A stretch of DNA of 57,201 nucleotides, filler included, from Sphacelaria rigidula (Eukaryota), in NCBI GenBank assembly GCA_964200075.2. It is 7 parts of 7 records of this genome, joined end to end, with 100 filler letters (N's around TTAATTAATTAA, not from the genome) between each part and the next. Parts side by side here need not be neighbours in the genome. Positions count along the whole stretch, not along the records: positions 8,188 to 16,274 come from CAXNAA020012353.1; positions 16,375 to 24,460 come from CAXNAA020012354.1; positions 24,561 to 32,646 come from CAXNAA020012355.1; 4 more parts are not named here. The stretch is one strand, 5' to 3'. The notes under the pieces are model-generated. The model worked only from the letters and a program-made list of their open reading frames with translations. It was not told the DNA's origin and ran no database searches. The position numbers were made by a program, and so were the translations under genes. Positions 13,101-25,181 of this stretch are shown here, in pieces. Numbering within the stretch: the stretch's first letter is position 1; each line of letters opens with the position of its first letter.

Positions 13101-13184
13101 ATCATCGATGGCAGGCCAGCAAGCATTCTGGGGCTATCGTGGCAGCTCATTCGGGTACACCTACGGACACAGATGGAGCTCAAG
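10115..13184 (+). CDS. Fimbrin/plastin-type calponin-homology (CH1, actin-binding) domain protein, partial
   Basis: Exons ~10115-10161 (acceptor could be 10097), 10711-10867 and 12970-13184 have GT-AG sites and consistent phases. They give ...LTESEEK|ATLASYLNKHLGGDESLQHLLPVD...FSDGLLLCRLVCLAFPGSI|ADSKLN...MYKATENLNAAL...GLRVVNIGAADIIDGRPASILGLSWQLIR, matching plastin/fimbrin CH1 motifs (DG.LLC.L, ENLN, VVNIGA.D, LGL.WQ). Confidence 0.85.
12690..12870 (+). repeat. Dispersed repeat, same family as 1347-1600 (intronic)
   Basis: ctttgtttgaagcgttgca...ggcacgtagattggcgcaaaatttgcgtgg...ggttcgaacgggcgatgattcgtcc. Confidence 0.6.
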
Positions 13185-15044
13185 GTACACACGAAGATGT
13201 TTAGATGTACGTGAAGGGATACCAGAAGACGATGACGCCTGAGACTGACTTGTTGTGCCCTTTTACAAGCTCCTGTACGTCACCCCCCGGGCAGAAGAAG
13301 TGATATATGTTTTTTGTTCCAAACATTAACTGATACAATGACAAAATCATATTTGTTATGTCTCAGGATGCTTGCTGTGTCTTGTGAGTCATATGTCAGA
13401 TATCCCTTCCTCCCGCCCCCCCCCCCCAAAAGCACAGAAATGGAATCGAACCCACCCCTCGAAGTTTTCACCAAGAAGTGTTATTAACGGAACTCTTTTA
13501 TTGGACTCTCCCGAATGTACCCGGAAAAATAGAGTTTTTCCCTACTCCTCCATAACAAAAAGTGCCAGGAAAAACCTGACGCTAGATGATCGAGGTACTC
13601 TCTGTAGGTTGTCTTGAATTGATGTATTGCCTGACAATGGTTCAGAAATTTGCTGTCACATTTTCCAGGGAGGATGGGTTCCCCCCGAAATAGTCGGAGA
13701 TTTCGCGTGAAAGTAAATTGCGTTAATAATACCCGCTTTCTTAACTGGAGCAATTTGTTCACTTGCACATAGAAAATTACTTTTTAGTTGGAATTGCTTG
13801 ACACGTGTGCCAACACTTTGGTGAGATTATTGACTCTTACTAGGGGTGAGCGATGGTCACTTGAATAGATGCAAGGAAGTTTCCGAAATGATTGAATGAG
13901 GATGTACCACGAGCAGTTATATCATCTCTCTCTCAAAGACGGAAATAGTACGACATGAAAGCAACACTCCAGCAGAGTTGGTCAAGGGGAGAGGCCGTCG
14001 CTATACTCGGACCCGGTGATTTCGAGTGTGGGTGTGTGTTTTTAAGGACGGTGCTGTTGAGGTATTAAACCGCGCCCTGAACTCAGAAAACTCTGTTGAG
14101 ATTTTCTCGGTGGAGTTTAAAAATACACGCATTCTCTTAAGCGGGTAGGGACGGGTCGAGAAGTACAAACAAGACAACTGTACAAGCAGTACAAGAACAC
14201 AATTAACAAAACAAGTACGGTACGGTATGGTACAGTGCAGTCGAGTGCAGCACGTTTGAAACAAGGTGCAGCACTCGATCATCACGCAGGTACCGCGGGG
14301 CAATATGAGCCAGAAAGCTATACTTGTGCAGAACGCTGGGTGTGGTAATTTCCCTGAGACTCCACTGCGTCCTACGTTTCTGTTGGACGCTAAATAAATA
14401 ACCACCTTTTTCACGGCAAACACACGACATCACATATCTAGTACGGCACAACAGCCCGCTTTTCGTTCACTTTTTCTTCTCTTGTTTCTTTGTCATCCAC
14501 TTTCTTTTATTTTTTCATGTGTACTGTATTTTTGTATCGGCCTTTTAGTCACACTTAGCCTCTCTCTCTTCCTCAGGACTAGTCCGCGGTCACAAGTGAT
14601 GAGCCCATCTCTCTCCCGGTACATGCGCTCAGTCTCGAAAGGGATGCGTGGTCAATGGTCAAACGGCCAAGGCAAGCAACAAATGCGTACGCCCCCCGCG
14701 GTACACGCCTTGGGTTTTGGTGTCGCGGATTTGATCATGACCAGCACTTCCGCATCCCGTCGACTCTCGTGAAACAAAGTATCCTTGCTAGTCACGCCCT
14801 CTCGCTGTCCACGACGGAGATGAACGACTTCGCAGGGACAATCCAAACTAAGCGTATTCGAAGGGGATCGATTCCACATACTTTCCGGCCTATTGGTGCA
14901 CGTTGTACCATTACACTGGACCACCGGGACGCGGCAGCATCCTTTACGGTTGGCGTGTATGCATCACTCTCCATGCTGTTCTGTCTCCGTTGTTGCTCTT
15001 GGTTCTGGGTTTCGTTCTTGCCATCGATTGGAAACAACTTTCAG

Positions 15045-15868
15045 GTGGCCTTCGGACAGGTCGGTGTGGCCTTGAACTGCATTGCCAACGTGGATCCAAT
15101 CCAGTCGAAGATGGCACATGTCGCCAAGCGGGGAGAGGGTGACGAGCTTCACGGCTCTGAGGTGAGGGCGTTTGTTGCCTGAAGATGCTTTTTCGATATC
15201 TTGCTTTCGTCTTTACATCATTTGAATGCCATATGGGTTGGAATCTATATAGTCACTTTGATCACTTGCGACGTGTGTGCAGTATCTTGTGTCTTCCGTT
15301 TAGCCAAGAGGGGTGGCTTGAAAGCCCATGAAGTCAAAATTTGATGTACAGGATGGTCGTTGGTGCGAGAAATACTGCCGCCCATGTACATGTAGCGCTC
15401 GTATACATTACATTCCCCTCCCCCGTGCTTTCAAATTTGGATCTGTGACGACATCATGTAGAAATCGCTTCTCTTTCTGTCGGTACATATCCGACAGTTA
15501 TAATAGCTATCGCATGTCTGTGCAGAGGTACTGCAAAACTGACGTTTCTGCTTAAAAGTTGAAGCTCACGCTGCTGCTCGTGCGTGTCTGTACCCTGAAC
15601 TATCCCACAACAGGTGACCACGTACATGGGCCAGAACAGGCACGCCGCCCCCGCTGTGGGGCTCATCTCGCCTCCGCCCCACCACGACATTTTTTCCATC
15701 GAGGACTCAGCCCGGCTCGTTCCCGACCTGACACTCGCCAACATTAACGGAGAGGTGTCCGCGAAGCCGGTGTCCGAGGTTGGGGTTTGTATTATGGCTG
15801 CTGGTGTGGCAAAGTCGAAGGCCGACCGCATGAAGGTGTCTGGGTATGATGGCGAGACCGGAGCAGCG
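15045..15868 (+). pseudogene. Degenerate glutamate synthase (GOGAT, GltB/GltS FMN-binding domain) fragment, two exons
   Basis: Exons 15045-15161 (39 codons) and 15614-15868 (85 codons), both cag|...|gtgag and phase 0. Translation VAFGQVGV...QSKMAHVAKRGEGDELHGSE|VTTYMGQNRHAAPAVGLISPPPHHDIFSIEDSARLVPDL...PVSEVGVCIMAAGVAKSKADRMKVSGYDGETGAA corresponds to the GOGAT motifs QIKMAQGAKPGEGG.LPG.KV, GLISPPPHHDIYSIEDL, KLVSE.GVG..AAGVAK and SG.DGGTGA, with many conserved residues substituted. Confidence 0.85.
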
Positions 15869-16479
15869 GTGAGTGTTTTGTTCTTGTGTCTGTCTTTCCG
15901 AGCCTCCCGTCTGTCTAAAAGAATGGGGAAAATGAATAAGTTAAGACAGTATGTAGCTTAATTTTAGGCGTCATATTCTTTTGACTCTACCTTCAATGTC
16001 GTCTTGTTTTGTTCCAGTACGTGACAGAACGCCGTGGGGTACGCCTGCAAGTGATGACTTGGAATGTTCTATTTGCTACTGGTGTCTACTGGTGTCTGCT
16101 GTGTGCTCGTCGCATGCTGGGCCAGCTGCTCTTAGGGGTTTTTGTCAGTCCCCCCCCAGAGATCCGGATGCTAATGTCCAGGACAAAGCCAACTACGTCG
16201 CTACCTATTTGTTTTTGGCAACGGGTTCGCGTCAACTCTTCTTTGGGGGTGGGGGGGGGGGGAAGTGATTACCCNNNNNNNNNNNNNNNNNNNNNNNNNN
16301 NNNNNNNNNNNNNNNNNNTTAATTAATTAANNNNNNNNNNNNNNNNNNNNNNNNNNNNNNNNNNNNNNNNNNNNCGCTCGCGATCGTTTCGGTCGCCAGC
16401 GAGGTAAGTGTTGGGTTGGGTTTCTTCCTTCCATCAAGGAAAAAAAAATCGTGGTCAACTTTGCGGTCCGTCGAGGTGA

Positions 16480-17830
16480 TTTATGGTGAAATTCGAGTGA
16501 AAACCATGATGTCATTCCTTCCTTCCTTCTGATAAAACACTTCCATTTCCTCAGGCAAAGTACTCACAGTCCCTCTCTTCGTCACACTAATCGGCAAAGC
16601 ATGTTCCACATCCACACCCTGCAGGAAAAACAAAATTACGTCTAACTCCGGTACATGTTTCACCCTGTTGGTACTCAAAATTAGTCAATCATCTTCACCA
16701 ACCGTTGATATCAACACTTTGCCAAAACCTGCTATCGGTACTTCATGGCTGTTTGCTACAGTGACCGATACACCCGTGCAAGGCTCGTAATCACACATTC
16801 TATCGTTCGATGAAGTCATGTGGCATGACGCACCGCTATCCGCTATCCGCTATCCAAACCTCCTAGCCTCCTTCATCTGGAATTGGGCGGTCACCTTTTA
16901 CACTGTCTGCTGCGGACGCGTGTTGACCAGTCTTAGTCTCCGTAGCAATGTATCCAAAACCTGCGGGATCCTTGAAATTGTCTGATGTACATATCATGAC
17001 CATCTTATAATACCCCTGGGAGCGTCCTTTACCTCCGGATTCCTCACAAACACGTTTAGGGCATTGCGATTTGAAATGACCGGTCTTACCACACTCGGAA
17101 CATGTTAGATTCTTACTTCCAATTTTCCGTGTGTTTGTTGGACTACTGCCGCCAGTATTTCCAGTCGTACCTCCGATACACTGAACCTTGCTAGTACTAT
17201 GTGCTGTCGCTAATTTTTGAGACCTGTTCCAATCCCCTCTGCTCTAACCTTGAGGGTGGAACCTTCGGTGCCTGTGTAGAGGGCATGGTTGTGATCAGTA
17301 CTACGCGAACCACCTGTTTTCTTGAGCGACTGATATTCATTTCTGACAACGGCTCGTGGTGTCTTACCCGACGGGAGAGTCGGCTCAAAACGTAATTGAT
17401 CTCGTACAGTGGTGTACTCAGAGGGCAGGGAATGAAGAAACTTGTGCACGAAAATCTCTTGAGCAATCTCCGATCCCAGCGAACTAGCACGCGACTGCAG
17501 TGGCTGTAATCGAATCCAGAACTCGTCAGTATCTTGACCCTTGCTGAACTTTTAGGTGTTGAACTCGGCCAAATGTCCATCTTGGAGCCTGATGTCTTCG
17601 GAGAAAACTGTTCATCGGAAGCACGCCATGCTATCGCGACTCGGAAAGTATGTGTCTACCGACCCCATCCGTGACAGTGTTGAGCAAAAAAATATACGTA
17701 AATCGTGCTCGTTTGATGCCGTCCGAACTCACACCAAACCCTAGTAGCTGCTGCTCGTTCAAAGAATCAACACATAGCGCAGGGTCCTGAAAAATCCTTG
17801 CCGAATCCGTACATAAAAACATACCGCTAA
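16480..17830 (-). mobile_element. Ty1/copia LTR retrotransposon relic (gag-protease region)
   Basis: On the minus strand: gag-like KFLHSLPSEYTTVRDQL (~17400-17449), zinc knuckle CSECGKTGHFKSQC (~17060-17105), protease WIADSGASCHMT...VTVANS...GFGKV (~16720-16858) and VKHVPEL..LF. Disrupted by stops and frameshifts. Confidence 0.85.
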
Positions 17831-20829
17831 ACTTCTGTCGAAGGGACGAATTTGTCTAGCCTCCAATGTTCGAGAATCGACACTCAATAGCATCGATGTA
17901 CCCACCTAGGGTGTTAGTTTGCCTTTGTACACCAACACCCGCACTCAAACATCGCAGTTGGAAATCCTAGACCGATATCCAACTCAACGCTGGGCTATTA
18001 ACTTGAGTACCAGTAGCTCTCGCGGATCGAGCACCGGTCAAGCTGCTGAGCGGTGTTCCCCTTGCTCCAAAGTACATCGGAACAGCTTCCTGCTGTGGCG
18101 GGCCTTCTGTTCCCACCGTTGCGGAGGCCAATCTAGCCCTACTAGCTTGCCATTCCTTGGAACTATGGTACTCTTCCAGCGTGACGAAGACCCCTTGTGC
18201 GGAAACGTCCCGTTCCGCTAAGAAATTTCTACTCCCTTGCTGCTCCCTTTCTGTATCACTGATGTGGTCTGGTCACGAGGTGACGCGAGCATCAATCTCA
18301 AGCAAGGAAGACACTAGGCCAGGATTTGCAAGAAGCAAGCGGCTCGACTACAGATTTCTGGCACTCAAGATCAGATCGCCATGTGGATTCCTCCCATCAC
18401 GGGCACATGGACTTCAGCAGCTTGAGTCATTCATCTATTAACCCTCAGCATAGTACAGGAGAACAGGATCATAGCCTATCTCCACCAGAGTGGCAAAACC
18501 AAGCCTACTCGCCATGGAGGTCACCCATCACAGAGTCCGGCGATCAGACCCGCAACTCCATCTACACAATATCCCTAACCTTTGGTAACAATGATGGCTA
18601 CGGTCTACAGCACCCCCAAAGCTCTCTTCTACCAACAAGTAGTTACATCAAAGCTTGACAAACTCAGACATCATTGATGAATGATAGTACCGTGGTTTTC
18701 CGCAAAGAATAGCAATCTCTTCCGCTGCTTTCGACAACAGCTCCATACAAGCTTGCCCTACTTCCGAACAACTCGCAAGAGATCCCAAGAAAATATCGTC
18801 CATCATGAACATGCAATCACGCTACTTGCACCACTTCGAGTTACAGAGCGATAGCTGGCGCCACATTCTCAAATCTTCGCCTAAAATAAGTCTCTTGACT
18901 CTTCATCGGCACGAAACCAGAAATGTCAGCGAATGTCAAGTTCCAGAGCACCCGTGACTCATGGTCCCTCTCATCCGAGACAAGGTACTTCTCAACATAC
19001 AAGATGCACTCTTGGTACGTTCAACACCTGCGCAATGGAGTAGTACAACAGCCAAATGATACATCATCCTCACGCTGGGAGGAAATGACCACCCAACACG
19101 TCTAGAACGCACCTGGCCTCTTGCTTCTGCAACACCGTAAAAAACGTATGCATCGCAGTCCATGCCGCCGTCAAAGCTTCAATGCTTCAACTTACCATCA
19201 TTTCAATAAGACAATCAAAGGAAAGTCACGACTCAAACCACAATTCAAGTCATGCATACTAACCCAACGACGGCGAAAGGACCTCGATCTACGCCACCAT
19301 TGATCACCTCCCGTGATCTCGTCCTCGAACTCTTGTTTCCCAGCAAATCTCAGATATATCTATATCTCGTTTGGATCCTGGACCATCATGTCCCATCCGT
19401 GCATCAGCCAAAATGTAGAAATAATCAATTCCTCGACGCTCTTGCAACCCACCTGCACCAGTTCTTCGAACAAATGGACGCATCATCGACATGCTTCTTA
19501 TGATAGGAACGAAGAACCAGCCACGTGCTCGTTCAAACACGTGACAATTCATATATAAACGTACCACGGTCAAAGATCATTGATGCATGCGCGCATAATG
19601 TCTTTATCTTCAAACACCGGAAGCACTCGCGTCATACCTGCTCACATACGACGTGCCTACGCATTTCGTATCTTTCAGCTCATTTTCACGCTAACAGCAG
19701 GTGTCACCGTCTCTTTCAGTCAGTACGAGCCTACGCACTTCGTATTTTTTTGGTCAATTACACACTAACAGCAGCCATCCATATATTCTGCAGTCAGTAC
19801 GTGCAAACCGCACATATATGATTCGACTATGCTCCTGCGCGAACAAGATTATACGAGCTTCACTTCATTTAGCATACAGCAGCATATTGAGAACTTCCCC
19901 ACCCTGGGTCGTAACCAGACACCATTCATATCAGTACCATTCGAGCAAAAATTCCCATATACCTGCCGAAATTCCAGTCAGCATATGAAAATCCGCACAT
20001 GCATGCCAACATTTCACTCTGCACACGCAATGCCACCTTTCTCGCAGCAAACACCATGCATCGTCCGTGCCTACCAGATCAGCACCACACACATATCCCA
20101 AATATCCACGTGTACGCCAGAATTTTACCCTGCACACACGATACGATCATGCTCGCTCAACAACCCTGTTTCATGCGCAAACATGACACAAACCACACAA
20201 TGACAAGCTGCAATCGTTTTCAAAACGATTCGCGAATACCACTAATAATGTGTTTCCTTATTCTCAACCAGCACTCAATCACCACAGCACTTGCTCCTCA
20301 ACATCAGTACCCCCTTCGGCGCTCCCCACAATAGCAAGAAGCTCAGGTAATGCCTTCTTTGTAGTCCTCAAGCCCGCTCCTGAGAAACAGCAGCACTCGA
20401 ACCACCACCCCGTGCACAATGTAGAGCATCCTTTCCCCTCGGACACTCCCTCCTTTCACCCTCAGTCTAGCTACACCTGGCGCCCCATGGTGTAGCTCAT
20501 CACCCCTCTAAAAAGTATATTTGCACAGCCAAACCGATGCGAAAAATCCTCCGCTCTCACAGATGCTTGCGCATTCACGAACGCTCGTTCTTCAGTCCCT
20601 TTTACAGAGGAAACAAGAAACGAAACGTGAACATCCATACAGTCCCGCACAGCAACACCTCCCGATGGCATCACGCCATCCTCCTCCAGCACCTGACCGT
20701 ACAGCGGCGAAGACACCGCAGTCAACGCCGCCAAATACGCCACAGCTGTCCATGCATACAGCAGTGCACACGACCACCCCAACACGACGCAATGCTCGTC
20801 GTCGCCGTCAGAACTGTGATCGCTAATAG

Positions 20830-21360
20830 CATCATGAGCTTGCAGCTCGCTCCGTGCACCCGCTTCACGCGAGTCACACGCCCCTGTTGTTTCCATCATG
20901 CAAGGCGTGTCTACAGCTACGCGCTGGTCTGGCGGCAATTTCGCCAACCCTGCATCCACCTGTCCTTCAAGTAGACACCCCCGCAAATCATCTGAACACT
21001 CTCCCGTCATGTCACTAGCGCAGATAGATTCACCATGAGCACGGCAAGCCCCAAGCTCACCCTGCTCGCTCGCCATACGCAAATAACAACCCCCTGCAGC
21101 TTCGAGCATGAAAGGAGTATGTCCAGCTACGCCCTTGTCCGGCGGCAATTCTACAAACCCGGCATCCTACCTGTCCTTCGAGCAGACACCCCTGAAAATA
21201 ATCTGAACGATCTCCCACCCTGTCACTGAAGCAATAGATTCACCATGAGCACGGCAAGCTCCTAACTCACCCTGCTCGCTCGCAATACGCGAATAACACC
21301 CCCCTGCAGTTTCGAGCATGCAAGGAGTATCTCCAGCTACGCGCTGGTCCGGCGGCAACA
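20830..21360. repeat. ~210-bp tandem repeat (~2.5 units)
   Basis: atagattcaccatgagcacggcaagc occurs at ~21024 and ~21234, and cagctacgc..tggtc.ggcggcaa occurs three times. Confidence 0.8.
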
Positions 21361-21599
21361 AGCAACTGGAACCTCCGCCCACCAGTACTTGCTCATTGGC
21401 CCATGTAGGCCTCGCCCTCTCAACATCGCCAACAGCAGCAGCAGCATCACCCATGCTCGCTACAGCCGGCACCTCCTGCTCAGCGCACTCCTGAACTGCA
21501 ACAGCGGCAGCTGAGCGGCCTGCAGTCTGCTCGATCGGTGTGGCATATTCGCTCTCTCCAGCAGCAGTACCAGCAGCATCCATACCATTGCTTACCGTG

Positions 21600-22030
21600 G
21601 TACTGTCGGCGGGCGCGTTCTCATGCCTCCCCGCTTCGACAGACACGTGCTGTGTCTCCTTCCCGCTCTGCGCAGTGGAAACAGCTGCCCTGTATCGTGG
21701 TTCAAGACGCGTCCTACCGACTGCACGTTCAGCGGGTGCACTGTCGTGCCTGTCCGCTCGGGCAGAAACATGCTTCTCGGCTGTCACAGTACAAGCCTCT
21801 GCCCTGTATCGTTGTTTCAAACGCGCAGCACCTATACTGCACGTTCGGCGGGTGCACTGTGTGTCGTGCCTGTCCGCTCGGGCAGACACATGCTTCTCGG
21901 CTGTCACAGTGCAAGTAGCTGCCCTGTATCATTGTTTCAAACGCGAAGCACTTATACGGCACGTTCGGCGGGTGCACTGTCGTGCCTATCCCCACGGGCA
22001 GACACATGCTTCTCGGCTGTCACAGCGCAA
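21600..22030. repeat. ~120-bp tandem repeat (~3.5 units) following the gag-like region
   Basis: gggtgcactgtcgtgcct.tcc...cgggcaga.acatgcttctcggctgtcacag recurs at ~21735, ~21851 and ~21971. Confidence 0.85.
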
Positions 22031-22856
22031 TGCGCCCCACCGGACGGTGCATGCTTGCGCAACGCGAAAAGCAACTGCTTGTCCTCAACATCATAGTCAT
22101 GCTTCAAGAACGTGTCACACAGACATTTCGCAATATGTTTCGGCATGAGCTCAGAAACTGCTGCCACCTCAAAGAGGTTTGTCCACCGCGCGTTCACCTG
22201 ATCTACATCTCGCAAATATTGCTCGTATTTGCGTAAAACCTTGGCCGATTTCTCGCTCGAAACCTTGCGGCTGTAGTACGGCATCTCCAGCGCCAGTACA
22301 GGAACAGCACGACTATCGACGATGACGTATTCCTGCGCCTCATTCATTTCGGTCAGCAGTACAGCACTCCACACCGCCTTTTTGAAAAACGAAGTTGCCT
22401 CCCACTCACAGGAACAACTCTCTCCTCACACCGAGACGCGTTGTACTACCTTACAACAACGATTGCCACAGCGCCTCTTCCTCACGCAGGTCTCACCACG
22501 TGTTTGAAGTCCTTAGACTCCTCTTCCTGGCCGTACCTGGCCAAGCGTGGAACACGCAACCCTCGCTGGTTCCACTAGGCAGTATGGTAATTGCGCCGCT
22601 TTCTCTGGAATGCGCACGGGCTCGCCAGCTGTCGGTCAACCCCCCGCACCTCTCGCACGAGCGATACCACAGTCCGCCCTAGCACTGCCTCAGAACTCCC
22701 TCGGCTCTACTTCTCCAACTCCTCGCGACGTTAACACGCCTTGAGCTGGTCTTNNNNNNNNNCCTGCAGACTTCCCTATCTTGAAGTGTCAGCTGCTTTT
22801 CAGCGGATCTACCGCCATCAGCGGACTTCATGAACGTTCATTGTAGACTTCTGTCA

Positions 22857-23099
22857 CTCAAGATCAGATTGCCATGTGGATTCCTCCCATCATGGGCACA
22901 TGGACTTCAGCAGCTTTAGTTATTTATGTATTAACCCTCAGCATAGTACAGGAGAACAAGACCATAGCCTCTCTCCACCAGAGTAGCGAAACCGGCTCTA
23001 CTCGTCATGGAGGTCACCATCATAGAGTCCGGCAATCAGACCCGCAACTCCACCTATAATGCCCCTGACCTTAGGTAACAATGGTGGCTAGGTCTACAG
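22857..23099. repeat. Second copy of 18365-18610 (retroelement segment)
   Basis: tcaagatcagat.gccatgtggattcctcccatca.gggcacatggacttcagcagctt...ggtctacag is present at both places in the same orientation. Confidence 0.85.
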
Positions 23100-23559
23100 T
23101 CCGTACTGTACTTCAGCTATAGTCGGGTGCTGGGATCGGAAAAGACACGCAAGGCGGACGCGTGCACGCTGGGGCGAACAAACTGAGCCAGCACGGAGCT
23201 GCTTTATCCCAAGCGTTTGATGACAGGAGCTGTCTGCCTTGATGTCCCATGTAATAGTTCTTCCCCCCATTTCTTCGTGAGTTGTTTCGTTACTGTCGTG
23301 TCGTTCAAATCTGCTGCTTGGGCTCCAAATTAAAAAAAACGACGCAGCATCGGCCATTCCAATCATTAAATTGGTCGTTGTCTCAGGCTATTCCAGTTTC
23401 GGCATTGGATTTCTGTGACGCATTGGATTTCTGCGACGCATAGACACCCACTAGTCACGCGCATTGTTCAAGTGCTAACTCATTGTCCACACAAAACAGC
23501 CTTTGTTTGACGGAAATCCGTCCAATATTGGACGAAGGGCGGTCTCGTGCGTGAGGTGC

Positions 23560-23990
23560 GTGGGCATTGTAGCACGATTGAAACGTGGACCGTTTACCCC
23601 GTGAGGACAAACGGCAGCGGTAGCGGTAGCGGCAGCAGCGGCAGCGGTAGCGGCACTGGCGATTCAACCCACCCCCAGCCGCGTACATGTACTGGCAGTA
23701 AAGATGCTGCTGATACTGCTACTGTTGTTTCTTCTCCTTTTCGTGCGGAACGCCGTCCGCGTTCCGACCTGAAACAATACCCATATCCCCTTGCGCGTGA
23801 TTGCCGCCCTCCTTGAAGTCGCTGGTCTGTTCGCGTGTTGTTTTACCGTTTCTGTATCAAGTGGTTCCCACCCTAGCATACTCGATTAGAACAGCGCGTG
23901 ATTTCTCGTTATAATGAAATTGTGAACCGTCACTTCACTATCACTATCACTATCACGAAATTATCATCATTCCCCTTGTTTCGTTAAAAT
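23560..23990 (+). mobile_element. Dispersed repeat, probable retroposon 3' end with (ATCACT)n tail
   Basis: Homologous to 47455-47860: agtaaagatgctgctg.tactgct...ctggt.tgtt.gcgtgttgtt...taatgaa.ttgtgaaccgtca...atcact.tcacgaaa. Confidence 0.65.
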
Positions 23991-24934
23991 ACGGCTTTTT
24001 TAGGTTCGCATCGTAGGTCGAAACACCTCAGGATCGACGTTTTTCAAAACCAAATAAGGTTAAGGTCACAAGTATACGTTATGGTAATGTCCTTCTACCG
24101 ATATCAACTTATAGTGCACTCTTGCAGAGTTCACAGGTGAATGTTTGGGCGATTGCCTCACCTGCAGTTCGCCCAGATGTAGTGGATTTTTCCACCATCT
24201 CACGGCGCCGGATTATATGTCAAAATGTATCAGATTCCTGCATCATGTTGAAATGTCCCAGACCCTGGACGAAGATTCTACAGTCGGTACGAACACGGTG
24301 TCAGAAGTGTACTGCACACAGTATAGAATATGTTGCCGACTAAAATTTCTGTAATACTCGTACCTCAAGTCGGTAACTGCAACGCTACACTTCGAGACAA
24401 CAACAGTGTGTAAAAATCTCCAGGGTATCAAATGCTACAGGCGGCTTCCGCGCCATAGCGNNNNNNNNNNNNNNNNNNNNNNNNNNNNNNNNNNNNNNNN
24501 NNNNTTAATTAATTAANNNNNNNNNNNNNNNNNNNNNNNNNNNNNNNNNNNNNNNNNNNNCCAGACTTGCTTATTATTATTTTACTAACACGTCGTGAAC
24601 GTGGTGTTAGTGAGCTTCAGTCCCAAAAGGGTTAATTTAAATCGACAGCATGCCGCTGCTGACCCCGATGTGCGGGTGCCATCAGCGTGCATATGTCACG
24701 AACTACCTTTATTCTTGTGGAATCTGAACCGATTTGACCGAAGCAAAGCACAACGTGCTCAGTAATTCAGCAGCTACGGCTTGAGTTAGATGTACTGTAC
24801 TTCGTTCGCGGGGATAGTGGAGTTCTCAGTCTCATGTGCAGTTGTGTTGGGTTATGTGTCACCTTGCTGCTTGAGTTCCTGCTGTAACTACGTTTACATT
24901 TTGCTTCGGGCAAACAGACTGCCGGTTCGAGCAA

Positions 24935-25181
24935 ACATTACACGGTTACGACGAATTATCACGGGTTCGAATAACCAAATCCACCGTTTCTTCGGCCTGA
25001 TTGCCCAGAAGGGAGAAAAACGTTGACCGTTGGTCTAAGGGGTATCCACGCAACTTTTGCGTCATTCCACGTGTCTGGGCTGCGTGTTCCTGAGTTGCAA
25101 CGCTGAAAACAAAGCCTAGGGATTGATTCGTACGATTCGAATCAATTAGACTGAAACCAAGTAATTTTCAGACGAATCAAT
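24935..25181 (-). repeat. Dispersed repeat, same family as 1347-1600
   Basis: gttgcaacgctgaaaacaaagcctagggattgattcgtacg is a near-exact reverse complement of ~1395-1435. Confidence 0.75.

Larger units (their letters stand above)
17900..22500 (-). mobile_element. Highly degenerate Ty3/gypsy-like retrotransposon
   Basis: ORF 21952-22374 (RKYEQYLRDVDQVNAR...QLLFALRKHA) resembles the gag N-terminus of the gypsy at 36966 (RYVEYKRKVEHANAR...QLAAAMKKHA). Eroded RNase H/integrase-like remnants lie at ~18300-19500. Boundaries are approximate. Confidence 0.55.

Noticed and set aside
16375..24460. Location of the remaining RPN11 exons
   Set aside because: This is a different contig across a spacer, and no MPN/JAMM motif (GWYHSHP) was found in the window.
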